DNA of 64,000 nucleotides. It comes from Lama glama (lineage: Eukaryota). The first letter of the stretch is position 1, and every line of letters begins with the position of its first letter. Under the pieces are notes generated by a model. The model made no database searches, was not told the DNA's origin, and saw nothing but the letters and a program-made list of their open reading frames with translations. The stretch lies in NCBI GenBank assembly GCA_028534125.1, contig CM052816.1:19532001-19596000 (forward strand), written 5' to 3'. The position numbers were made by a program, and so were the translations under genes. Of the stretch, positions 53,110 through 64,000 are shown one piece after another.

Positions 53110-55340
53110 GAGAAACATCTTACTGGAACAACCCTCCTGCAGATAACAACTATGAATTCTGGACAAAATATAAAGTACAACTACCTGAAGGCACCAGAGA
53201 ATAACTAAAAGCAAACAGAAACTGGAAGGGTGTTGACACCTGGAAGAATGCAATGGCACTGGTTCAGTTTAATAGGATTTTATTTATTTATTTTAAACTT
53301 TCTATTTGGGGGCAGGCCCTAAGCAGTCAAGGTAGGGGAGTCAAGACATGAATAGAAACAGTCTTCGAGACAAGAAGAAACAGAAGAAAGAGTTCAGGAT
53401 AAATTTGGGACAAGAAAAGAAGATACAAATTTCAAAAAGAACAACAGAGCAGGCATGCTCAATTGTATATAAAAACACTCTCCAAATACCTGATCCCAAA
53501 ACTATATATGCATGGGGCAGAATCCAAAAGCCCAGCTCTGACTAGAAGAAATTAAGAGAGATTTCAGATGTTGACCATTGCAGCCAAGTTAATGCCCTAT
53601 TAGGGGAAAAAAAAAAAAACCTCTCAAGAAAAACATAAGAGAATTTAGACTCCACAAGATGTCATTCACAAGGGCCAGTATACAAACCAACATTACTAGA
53701 CATACAAAGAAACAAAAAATGTAAAACAAAATCAAAAGAAAACATAATCAATAGAAACTGACTTGAGATGAGCAAGCTGTTATAATCAATAGCCAAAAAT
53801 TTTAAAGCAACTATAGTAACTGTGATCAAGGAAAAAAAATTTAACTGCAGGGCTAGGAAATACAATTAAGAGAATCAAGAAAATATAAAAGAAAGTTAAT
53901 TGGAAATTCCAGAACTAAAAAAGTATAATAACCAAGTTAAAAAATTCACTGAATGGGCTTATTAACAGCAGGTAAGAGATGGTCAAAAACCAGAGTCAAC
54001 TTGAAGCCAGAGTCAAAGAAATTAGCCAATCTTAATTACAGAGAGAAAAAAGACTGAAAACAAAGACTGAACAAACCATCAGTAATATGTGGGACAGTAT
54101 CAAAAGGTTGAACAAATACATAATCAGAGTTCCCAAAAAAGAGGAGAAAATAGGGCAGGGGAAAAAAAAAAAACACAAGAAATAATAGTCAAGAATTTCC
54201 CCAATTAGATGCATGACATAAATTTACAGATTCTAGAAGCACAGTGAACCCAAGTAGAATGAATAAAAAGAAAATCATGCCTAGATACACTTACCATATG
54301 ACCTAGCAACCTTGTTTCTGGTTACCTACCTGAGAGAAATTAGATGTTCACACAAAAATGTGTACTTGTGTATTTAATAGCAGCTCTATTCATAACTGTC
54401 TAAAATTGGAAACAAGTCAAATGTCCTTCAACAGATGTGGTACAGCCATACAAAAACTACTACTAGACTAGCGAAACAAATGAATAATGCAACAACCTGA
54501 AAAGATCTCAAAGCCAGCAAGCTGAATTGAAAACAAAACAAAACAAAACAACTGCAAAAAGCTGCATAATGTACAGAGTACATCAGTGGCTGCAAGAAGG
54601 GTTATGGACAGAGGAGAGATTTACAATTACTTTGTATAAGGACAGGACAAGGTCTTTTGAGGGGTAAGGGAACATTCTGTAACTTGATTACGGTTTATCT
54701 TGTGGGATAGTTAAAGCAGCCAAAAACCTGGAAACAGCCCATGTCCAACAGAAATGACTAAACAAAGAATAGTATGTTTATGCAATGGAATATTACTCAG
54801 CAATAAAAGGGAAGAACTGATACATGCAACAATATGGATGAATCTCAAAAATACATGCTAAGTGAAAGATACCTGACACAAAACAGTTCATAATGTAAGA
54901 TGACATTTATTTGAAATTTTAAAACAGGTAAAATTAACATACGTTGGGGGAAAAACATAAAAATCAGTTGTCTCTGGGACAGGGAATAACTGAGGGAATT
55001 TTCTGAGGTTATATCATAATAGAGGTTTGGGTTCCACAGCTTAAAGGCATTTGTCAAAACTCGTCAAATGGTACTTGAAATCTGTACATTTCATTTTTTA
55101 TTTAAAAACTTTTAAAAATAACATGCATATTGAAGTGAAATGCACTGATGCTTCAACTTTGAAACATCAAAAAACGAAAAAAGATTGATGAGTAGATAAA
55201 AGAACAAGCAGATAACTAAATATGTGATAGATAAATACAACAAAATGTTAACTGTAGAATCTAGTATTAGATATTCAAGGGTGTTCACTACACAGTTTGT
55301 CAAATTTTCTGTTTGAAAATTTTGGTAATAAAAGTAAGGG
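53110..55340 (+). mobile_element. Cluster of old L1 fragments (5'UTR/ORF1 and 3' ends)
   Basis: aaaaattcactgaatgggctt, aagcacagtgaacccaagtagaat, caatggaatattactcagcaataaaa motifs. Boundaries approximate. Confidence 0.65.
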
Positions 55341-57082
55341 GAAAAAAGACACAAAGACATGGAAAACAGTCTGCTTCCTCTGGAAGTTGTCAGATCTGGA
55401 AGTAAAGATTGAAACTACAGAAGGCCTTTTTGCTGTCGGAAAGAAAGCTAGCTTAGCAACAAAGTATGTTCAGGACAGCAGCATACAAACTACAATAGGT
55501 GACAATGAGCCACTGAATGCAGCAATCCTGGAATCATTTCGCCATAGGATTTCATGTTTTGTTAAATAGTAAATATTTCTTATGATTTAAGGCATCTGGG
55601 TTGGTATTTTGTGTTACTTGCAGAAAAACAAAAGAAAAAAGTAACTGATGTCACGTTAAAGGCCTCGACGAAGCATTTTGCCATATTAAAAAAAGTCTGT
55701 TTTCATATTTCCTGATTACCTGGAAGTAGAAACCATTATGATGCCTTCCTAATTTCAGCAATAATTACCATATTAAAAGCAAGTGAGTCTTTAAGAAATT
55801 TTAAAATTATGTTATTAGCACAAAACTGAAGAAATGGATGACTGTCAAAATAGAAATTGTAGCCATGTTTTAATGATAGTGCTTTCAGATTTCTCCTTTC
55901 ATTTTTTAACCTACTTTAAAGGAATAGAAGTATGTGATAAGTCAAAAATAGAGTATTAAGAACAACAGGTGCTCCATGTATTTTGTTCATAAACCACAAT
56001 TACCTGGCCTTTGTGCTCTAACAAAAAGCCAAGCAACGGTGAACTGCTCTGATTGCTGAACTAAGAAAATTGTCTCAGGCTAAGACCAGTAGGCAGAACA
56101 CATCATCCCCTCCTTCAACCTCCTGCCTCCCCTTCTCCCCTAACTAGACCTGAAGACCTGAGGAACTACAGGTGGCTCTGAAGAGGTGGCAGCACTCAGA
56201 ATGTCTCAGAGCTTCCTTCTCACTATTCAGAACAGGAATAAACAGATATCAACCCATTAAGTGATAGGTTCTGCAAATTAGCCTGACTGCCCCTTTATGG
56301 AGATCAATCTTAGAAGAGCAGAAATACTATAATCTCCATTTTACAAATGAACAGATCAGTACTTTTTGTCATTTGGTCACAGTACAGATTCAGTAGCATG
56401 TTGCAGTTGCAGTAACTCTGGAAAGGAAGAATGAGCTAAATGTTTTGCAATTTGTATTGTTTTTTCTTCCAAAGGGGGCAAAAAATTGTATGCATTTCAT
56501 TCATACTAATATCCTCACTTCTCACTACTAATGCCATCACACTATGTGTTAGGCATAAAACGCACATGAATGACATGTGCATATTAGGAATTTCATGGTA
56601 ATACCTTTAAAAAAATTCTTTAAAAGTCCTAAATAATTTCTGTGTTTATATATATATATAGCAAATAGGCCTTTATTTACTTAAACATTAAGAAAACTTA
56701 ATGACAAGACACATAAAAAAATCTCTCTGGTTTTCCTTCAGAAATTCAGAACATTCTGTTCTATTACAAAGTGACCTGATAAAAATGTCTAAGCTAATGA
56801 ATGTATTTTTACACGTGCAATGAATGAAGCATTTACTTTGAGACTCAAGATCTACAGAGACAGATCTGGTTTTAATTTTTTAAATTTTAGTTTAAAAAAC
56901 ACAGAAAAACAAACATAGGGCAGAGAAGAAATCATAAAAAGGGAGTGATAAACCCCATGTTTCAAATGTGGAGAATAAAAATGGCATTCAAAACATTTTC
57001 AGGATGACACTAATATGGCATAAATAAAACATCTACAAAAGTCAGCATAGAATATTTACCCTAGTGATTAAAAGTAAATGTG

Positions 57083-57201
57083 AACCTTTAATGAAAAAGA
57101 ATATGAAAACGAATATATGTATATATATGCATGACGGGGACATTGTGCTATACACCAGAAATTGACACATTATAATTCACTGTACTTCAATTAAAAAAAA
57201 A
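57083..57201 (+). mobile_element. Short L1 3'-end insertion
   Basis: ctatacaccagaaattgacaca...tgtacttcaattaaaaaaaa. Left TSD AAAAGTAAATGTG at 57070-57082. Confidence 0.75.
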
Positions 57202-57206
57202 GTAAA

Positions 57207-57995
57207 CTGGACAGCAGCATGTAAAACAGTGAAGCTAGAACACACCCTTACACCATATACAAAAATCAACTCAAAATGGATTAAAGACTTAAACATAAGA
57301 CAAGATACAATAAACCTCCTAGAGGAAAACATAGGCAAAACATTNNNNNNNNNNNNNNNNNNNNNNNNNNNNNNNNNNNNNNNNNNNNNNNNNNNNNNNN
57401 NNNNNNNNNNNNNNNNNNNNNNNNNNNNNNNNNNNNNNNNNNNNNNNNNNNNNNNNNNNNNNNNNNNNNNNNNNNNNNNNNNNNNNNNNNNNNNNNNNNN
57501 NNNNNNNNNNNNNNNNNNNNNNNNNNNNNNNNNNNNNNNNNNNNNNNNNNNNNNNNNNNNNNNNNNNNNNNNNNNNNNNNNNNNNNNNNNNNNNNNNNNN
57601 NNNNNNNNNNNNNNNNNNNNNNNNNNNNNNNNNNNNNNNNNNNNNNNNNNNNNNNNNNNNNNNNNNNNNNNNNNNNNNNNNNNNNNNNNNNNNNNNNNNN
57701 NNNNNNNNNNNNNNNNNNNNNNNNNNNNNNNNNNNNNNNNNNNNNNNNNNNNNNNNNNNNNNNNNNNNNNNNNNNNNNNNNNNNNNNNNNNNNNNNNNNN
57801 NNNNNNNNNNNNNNNNNNNNNNNNNNNNNNNNNNNNNNNNNNNNGAAATATACACAAAATGTTATGATAAACCACAGAGAAAAAAATGTGACAATGAGTG
57901 TGTGTATGTCCATGAATGACTGAAAAATTGTGCTGAACACTGGAATTTGACACAACATTGTAAAATGATTATAAATCAATAAAAAATGTTAAAAA
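57207..57995 (+). mobile_element. Young lineage-specific L1 spanning the assembly gap
   Basis: Open ORF2 piece [32 protein letters not shown] before the gap, 3'UTR and polyA after it. Flanked by TTAAAAAAAAAGTAAA repeats. Confidence 0.8.
57345..57844. other. Assembly gap (500 N)
   Basis: Run of N. Confidence 0.99.
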
Positions 57996-58008
57996 AAAAG
58001 TAAATGTG

Positions 58009-58416
58009 GACATTTTGGAAAAGGCAAAAATATGAAGAAAATAAAAAGTCAGTGATTAAGGGGCAGAGGAAAGGAGATGTGAATAGGCAAAGCACAGGTG
58101 ATTCTTAGCATGCTGAAGATACTCTGATACTATACTGATGAAGACATGTCATTATATATTTGTCCAAACCCACAAAATTTATAACAGCAGAAGTGAACCC
58201 TACTGTAAACTATGAACTATGGATGACAATGATGTGTCCTGATAAAAATGTCTAAGCTAATGAATGTAGGTTCACGAATGTAACACTGCGGTGTGGGATG
58301 TTGATAGTGGGGGAGGCCGTGCATGTGTAGAAAAAAGAAGTACATGGTACTCTAACTTCTGCTCAATTTTGCTATGAACCTAAAACTGCTCTAAAATACA
58401 AAGTTTATTTTTAAAG
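58009..58416 (+). mobile_element. L1MC-like 3' end
   Basis: acatgtcattatatatttgtccaaaccca...gtgaaccct...tgtaaactatg...aacctaaaactgctctaaaa. Confidence 0.8.
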
Positions 58417-58460
58417 AAAAGTAAATGCACAGAGATCAAAATTAAAAATGAAATGACTCA

Positions 58461-58540
58461 GGCATGCTTAGCAGTACGAGGTCTTGGGTTCAATCCCCAG
58501 TATCTTCATTAAAAAATAAATAAATAAATATTTATTAACA
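58461..58540 (+). mobile_element. 5'-truncated vic-1-like SINE
   Basis: gcatgcttagc...gaggtcttgggttcaatccccagta...(AAAT)n, flanked by AAATGACTC repeats. Confidence 0.8.
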
Positions 58541-58559
58541 AATAAAATGACTCTCACAT

Positions 58560-59950
58560 AAGACAGTCATATAGACCAATGGAATCGAATAGAAAGTCTG
58601 GAAATAAACCCTCACGTAAATGGTCATTTGATTCTGAGAAGGGTTCCAAGACAATTCAACAAGGAAAGATAGTCCTTTCAATAAATGGTGCTGGGAAACC
58701 AAACCTCCACATTCAAAAGAATGAAGATGGACCAGTATCTTACACCATATACAAAAATTAACTCAAAATGAATCAAAGACCTAAACTTAAGAGCTAAAAC
58801 TTTAAAACTCTTAGAAGAAAGCATAGGGGAAACTTTTTATAACTTTGGATTTGGCAATGATTTCTTCAATATGACACCAAAAGAACAGGCAACAAACAAA
58901 AGAAAAAAATAAATACCTTGGACTTCAAAATTAAAACATCAAAGGGCACTTATCCAAAGAGTGAAAAGACATCCCACAGAGTGGGGGAAATATGCAAATC
59001 ACTTATCTCATAAAGGATTGCTATTCAGAATACATAAAGAAATCCTACAGTTTAGCAAGAAAAAAACAAAACAAGCCAATAAAAAAATTGGCAAAGGCCT
59101 TGAATAGACATTTCTCCAAAGAAGATATACAAATGCCTAAGCAACACATAAAAAGATGCTCTACCTCATTAATCATTAGGGAAATGCAAATCAAAACCAC
59201 ACTAACATACCACTTCACATCTACCAGCATGGCTACTATTAAAAAAAAAAACTGTAAACAACAAATGCAAGTCAGGCTGTGGATAAAATGGAACCCTAAT
59301 GCAGTGCTGGTGAGAATGCAAAATGGTGCAGCTGCTATAAAAAAGTCTGGTGGTTCCTCAAAAAGTTAAACAACACTTATCACGTGACATAGCAGTTCCA
59401 CTCCCAGGTATATACTCAAGAGAAATGAAAGGAGGAACTCAAGTAGATACTTGTACATCAATGTTCAAAGCAGCATTATTCACAAAACCCAAAAAGTAAA
59501 AACAACTGTAGTGTTCATCAATACTTAGGTGAATGACTAAAGGAAATATGGTACATATATACAATGGAATATTACTTAGCACTAAAAAAGAAGAAAATTT
59601 TAATACATGCTACAACATGTATAAACCTTAAAGATGTTAAGTGAAATAAGTTAGGCACAAAAAGACAAATACTGTTTAAGTCTACTTATGTGAAATATCT
59701 AGAAAAGGCAAACTCATAGATTCAAAAAGTAGAATACAGGTTACCATGGGCTGGGGCAAAGGAGGGTGTGAGAGGAAATTGAGTATTGCTTAACAGGTAC
59801 TGAGTTTCTATTTGTGATGATTATCTGGAAAAAGATAATGGTGATGGTTACACAACATGGTGAGTGTACTTAATACCACTGAATTATACATTTTAAAATG
59901 GTTAAAATGGAAAAATTTTCATGTAAAGTGCATTTTATTCATTAAAAAAA
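58560..59950 (+). mobile_element. L1MB-like ORF2 end and 3'UTR
   Basis: Peptide [15 protein letters not shown]...[17 protein letters not shown]. 3' end tacattttaaaatggttaaaatgg. Confidence 0.9.
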
Positions 59951-60034
59951 AGGAAAACATAATGAATCATATTAAAAGTTAACCAAAGACATACCCTCAA
60001 AGCCCTTTTAACTGCATCCCACATGAAGCCTGGT

Positions 60035-60550
60035 GTGGTAGATTGTATTTTCCAAAGACGGCAAAAGTATGTTCTATCCCACACGTCCTTCTGTATGTGG
60101 AATCACACTTTCCCATCAAGAGTTGGAGTCTATGCCTCCTTCCCCTTGAATCTGGGCCAGATCAGTGACTATTTTGACTTATAGAATATGGTGGAAATAA
60201 AAGTTCTTCTGCTTCCCAGTATTGTCCTTAAATGGCCTGGCAGCTTTTGGTTCTCGCCTTCTGTGCCAAGTGGCCTCATAGAGAGGCTAACAAGGGGAAC
60301 AGCCAGGATTCCCCATCAACAGCCTGACTGAGCTCTTAGTCAAGAGCCAGTACCAACTTGCCAGCTGCATAAGTAAGGCAAATTGGAAATATATCCCTAG
60401 CCCCAACTGAGTCACCCCAGCAGACAGAGCATAAGAGACAGACTAAATCTGTGCTAATCTCTACAGAAACTGCAGATTCATAAACAGAATAAATGACCGA
60501 TGCCATTAAATTGGGGGGTAATTTGTCACAAACCCATAATGTCAAAACAC
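60035..60550 (+). mobile_element. MaLR (MLT1H-like) solo LTR
   Basis: tgtggtagattgtattttccaaaga...ccccttgaatctgggc...aactgcagattcat...ggggtaatttgtcaca. Confidence 0.7.
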
Positions 60551-61002
60551 TTGGTTAATGAGTGTAATGTGAACGGTCTCTGTTTCATACATTTATTATT
60601 CTAGGTGCCACATATACACAACAGTGGTGATGTTACACAAGAATTAAAATGTTACTTTAAATTTTCAATTAAAGCTCTAATGTGAATCATAAAAACCTCT
60701 AGGTAGCAAGGTATAATGGAAAGAATGTAACATGAGTCAGAAAATTTTAAGTTCAGTTCCTCCTTAGCTAATTAATGGCTATGAATCTGGTCAAACCAAC
60801 ATTCTATTGTCTTATTTTCTTTATTGCTAAGATGGAATAATAATAATGCTTTCTCCTACAGAACTGTTGTGAATGAAAAACTGTGAGAAAGGATATAAAA
60901 TTTAGTACTAACTTAGAGTACAAAGTAAATACACTATCACTCTGAACACAGCGCAGTGCTTGGCCAAGGTAAGTACTTAACAGATACTTCATTAAACATT
61001 AC

Positions 61003-61165
61003 CTCCGTGAAGAGACATGCAAGGATAAGAAGCTCTCATCAAATCTTTCAGAAGACCATCAGCATGTTCCTGCTTATCCACAAATATAATGACAGATCCT
61101 GATTCTTGATAATGGCCGAGAAGCTCAAGAAGCTTCAAGAATTTCTTTTCTTCTTCAATCACAAT
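61003..61165 (-). CDS. DDX46: DDX46 coding exon (motif IV region)
   Basis: tttccag|ATT...GGA G|gtaatg. Encodes [54 protein letters not shown]. 163 nt. Confidence 0.96.
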
Positions 61166-61645
61166 CTGGAAACACCAAATTGTACAAAATTAATGGAATA
61201 AAAATCTGAATACATTTCTTTAACAAAAATTCATTTCATTTGTGGCAAATAAATAAATGACAACATCTTGCTATATCTTTAGAAGGGGGTAGGAAATTGT
61301 TGATTTTAACTGGTAAACCATTAAGACCAAAAAAATTTGTAACTTTCAGAGAGTAAGAGGCTTGCAGATGTGGACAAATGATTATCTGTTCTCTCTGCCT
61401 TTAACCTCACATCTTATTAACCAAATAATATAGGTATGTGACATTTCTACCTACTAGCCCATCACTCTGGTGAAAGAAACTAGAAGAGCATGTAAACAGT
61501 TCCATAGAATAGCATATTCAAATATCTGGTAAAAATGCTAAAAGCTGCAGCTGATGTATACTATTTAATTTTAGAAATTATCAACCTACATCACAAACAA
61601 TGATCCCAAAAGGATGACACACTGCCTAAACATTCAGAGAACTGG

Positions 61646-61772
61646 AGGGGGGAAGGTATAGCTCAGTGGTAGAGTGCCTGCCTATCATGCATGAGGTCCT
61701 GGGTTCAATCCCCATACCTCCATTAAAAAAATAAATAAACCTAATTACCTCCCCCCAACCAACATAAAAACA
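61646..61772 (+). mobile_element. vic-1-like SINE, full length, next to a DDX46 donor site
   Basis: A box TAGCTCAGTGG, B box GGTTCAATCC. 18-bp TSD AAACAT(T/C)CAGAGAA(C/T)TGG at 61628-61645 and 61773-61790. Confidence 0.9.
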
Positions 61773-61815
61773 AAACATCCAGAGAATTGGTGATTTTCTA
61801 AGGATTTGTACCCAC

Positions 61816-61980
61816 CACTTGTTGCTCCACATCCGAGCAAACCACACTTCTCCCTCCAACCTGCACTTCAATGGGTTTACTCAAGATTCTGCGAGCCAAG
61901 GCCTCCATAGCTCTGGGAAAAGTTGCTGAAAACATAACTGTCTGTCGATCAGGACGAACATTATCAACAATGCGCATAAC
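61816..61980 (-). CDS. DDX46: DDX46 coding exon (motif III SAT); the gene continues upstream beyond the window
   Basis: ttctcag|GTT...GTG|gtgggt. Encodes [55 protein letters not shown]. The ten exons sum to 1470 nt in frame. Confidence 0.96.
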
Positions 61981-63027
61981 CTGAGAAAATAGTACAATAA
62001 ATATGGTAAGTGTAGTCTCCAGAAATCATAGGATGGTAAAACCAAGTAGAAGGAACTTTATAGAGATCACCTACTCTGCGACTTTTACACTTGTTAGCTT
62101 AGAATGTTACGACTGACTTGACATCATCATTTGCTCATCTCATAGGTTCCCCCTCTCAAGAAATGGCAACTCTAGCCATCCACAGGTTTATACCAAAAAT
62201 CTAGAAGCCATCCATAGCTACTCTCTCTCACTCATCTGACACCCAATCCATCAACAAATTATGCAGTCTTGATTTTCAAATGATACCTACGGTGCAACTA
62301 TTCTTCATTGGAATTACTGTTTTTCCTTCACTAATTTAACACACTTTTATTGAGCAACCATATGTGCCAGGCATTGTTTTAAGTGTTTGGAATATGCAAT
62401 AAATACAGACAAAAACTTGTTTCATACAGTTTATATTCTGAGGAGGGTGGACAGATAAACAATCTGTGACAAATGGTGGTAAGAACTACAGAAAAAAACA
62501 GAACAATGAAGGTGGACATATTGCTGAGGGGATGGAATACAGGCAGCAATTAACTGACTCAGTGTCTACAGAGCCCTGGAGCAATCAGAGAGTTCTAGGA
62601 TCCTTGTGGTGACTGGTATAAGCAAGAAAAAAAGAGATATAATAAATAAAATTATTGATGATGGCATCAAGATAGACAGTGGTGAGTGGCTGGAAATTGG
62701 GTATGTTGAAGGTCTTGCCAGGAATATACAGAATTCTATGACCACATTTTCACTCCAGTCAAGGAGGACATGATACTGTGAAAAGGGTCATCCTACCCAA
62801 GGCATGTGGAAATCCTGGGCTCCTGGTCCAAACCTCAGCCATCTCTTATCTGGATTATTTCAGCTATGTCCTAGCAGGTCTCCCTGCCTTTACTCCTGCC
62901 CAATATGAGATCTGTTCTGCACCCAGCATTCAAAACGATGGGTTTAAAACATATGCCGGTACTTTCAGTTAAAGACTGTTAGTTTACCACATATATTTAC
63001 TTCTCTTCCCTTGAAAAACCCTTTATA

Positions 63028-63160
63028 TGTTATGATAAATCACAGAGAAAAAAATGTGACAATGAGTGTGTATATGTCCATGTATGACTGAAAAATTGTA
63101 CTGAACACTGGAATTTGACACAACAAAAAAGAAAAAAAAAATAAAACACACACACACAAA
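63028..63160 (+). mobile_element. Very short young L1 3' insertion
   Basis: Near-identical to 57860-57956. Perfect TSD AAAAACCCTTTATA at 63014-63027 and 63161-63174. Confidence 0.85.
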
Positions 63161-63339
63161 AAAAACCCTTTATAAAATGTAACAACACAGGGATTGTTTT
63201 AAAAAACTGCAAAGACAAAGAAAATAAGAAAAGAGATGACAGCAGCAACGTTTTGATCAAGTACTACCTGACTTAGCAGAGCCAAGAAAGCTAAATCCTA
63301 AAATGGTAACAAACCAGACCTTCAAGAAGTAGCTTCTCT

Positions 63340-64000
63340 CATATCTATCCTGCCCCTGTTCTTCGGGAGAGTTACCTCTTTGCCACCTGATCTTCACATA
63401 AATTTCAGTCTTCTTTGTTTTCCAGTAAAGTTTTTAATAATTTTTTCCAGATATATCTCACAGATCTTTGTCAAGCTTATTGTTTCATGCTTTTATAACT
63501 TATATGATTTTTAAAGTACATTTTTTAACTTACAAGGAAAAGAAACGTAAATGATTTCTGTTAACTGCTTTTGTATCCATAAAGTTTACTATTCTCTCAT
63601 TAACTCTAATCATTTATTGCAGATTATTTTTAGTTTTCTACAAAAATAGTCACATCACTTGCAGATAACACTTGTTTCTTCCTTTCTAAACATTATACCC
63701 TTTTCTTGCTTACTGTGCTAGGACCTCCAGTAAAAGGCTGAATGAGTGTTAACTATTTTGTTTCTTATGTTAATAGCTTCAAAGCTTCACCAGTGAGTAT
63801 AAGGTCTGCTGTAGGATTATTTTGGTAGTATCCATTATTAAAGAGGTTCCCAACTAGTCTTAATGTGCTAAAATTGTAAACCATGAGTGAAATTCTCTCA
63901 AATGCCTTTTCTACATTATTTGAGATAATGGTAATAGGATGGATTATGTAACTTGATTTTTCTAATGTTAAACCAGCTTTGCATCCAAAGGATACTAACT
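63340..64000 (-). mobile_element. Old L1 ORF2 fragment, minus strand
   Basis: gtcacatcacttgcagataa...ctaggacctccagta...tcaaatgccttttcta...tgttaaaccagctttgcatcc. Confidence 0.7.

Noticed and set aside
57177..57979. ORFs of 178-258 aa
   Set aside because: They run through the N gap and are L1-derived at the edges.
61646..61725. tRNA-like sequence with A and B boxes
   Set aside because: It is the head of a SINE with an A-rich tail and TSDs, repeated eight times in the window. It is not a tRNA gene.

Overview
Mammalian genomic DNA, probably camelid (inferred from eight copies of a vic-1-like tRNA-derived SINE). It carries three head-to-tail genes on the minus strand, in the order seen at human 5q31.1. 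(1) The last 10 coding exons of DDX46 (61980 to 38029, 489 aa, splicing DEAD-box helicase). (2) The C5orf24 orthologue (non-coding exon 1 in a CpG island at about 30.7-31.0 kb, CDS 25599 to 25033, 3'UTR of about 4 kb). (3) The complete 5-exon TXNDC15 (12369 to 836). The rest is intron or intergenic DNA rich in L1, MIR/L2, MaLR LTR, hAT MITE and SINE copies, with a 500-N gap. I found no convincing wholly new biological system. The best leads are a hidden alternative coding exon in the C5orf24 3'UTR, an AG>GG loss at the TXNDC15 exon 2 acceptor with an in-frame rescue site, a GC-AG intron in DDX46, three nested insertions at one target site, a templated insertion, and a twin-primed L1. Orthologue sequences and repeat family names are recalled from memory, not from a search.
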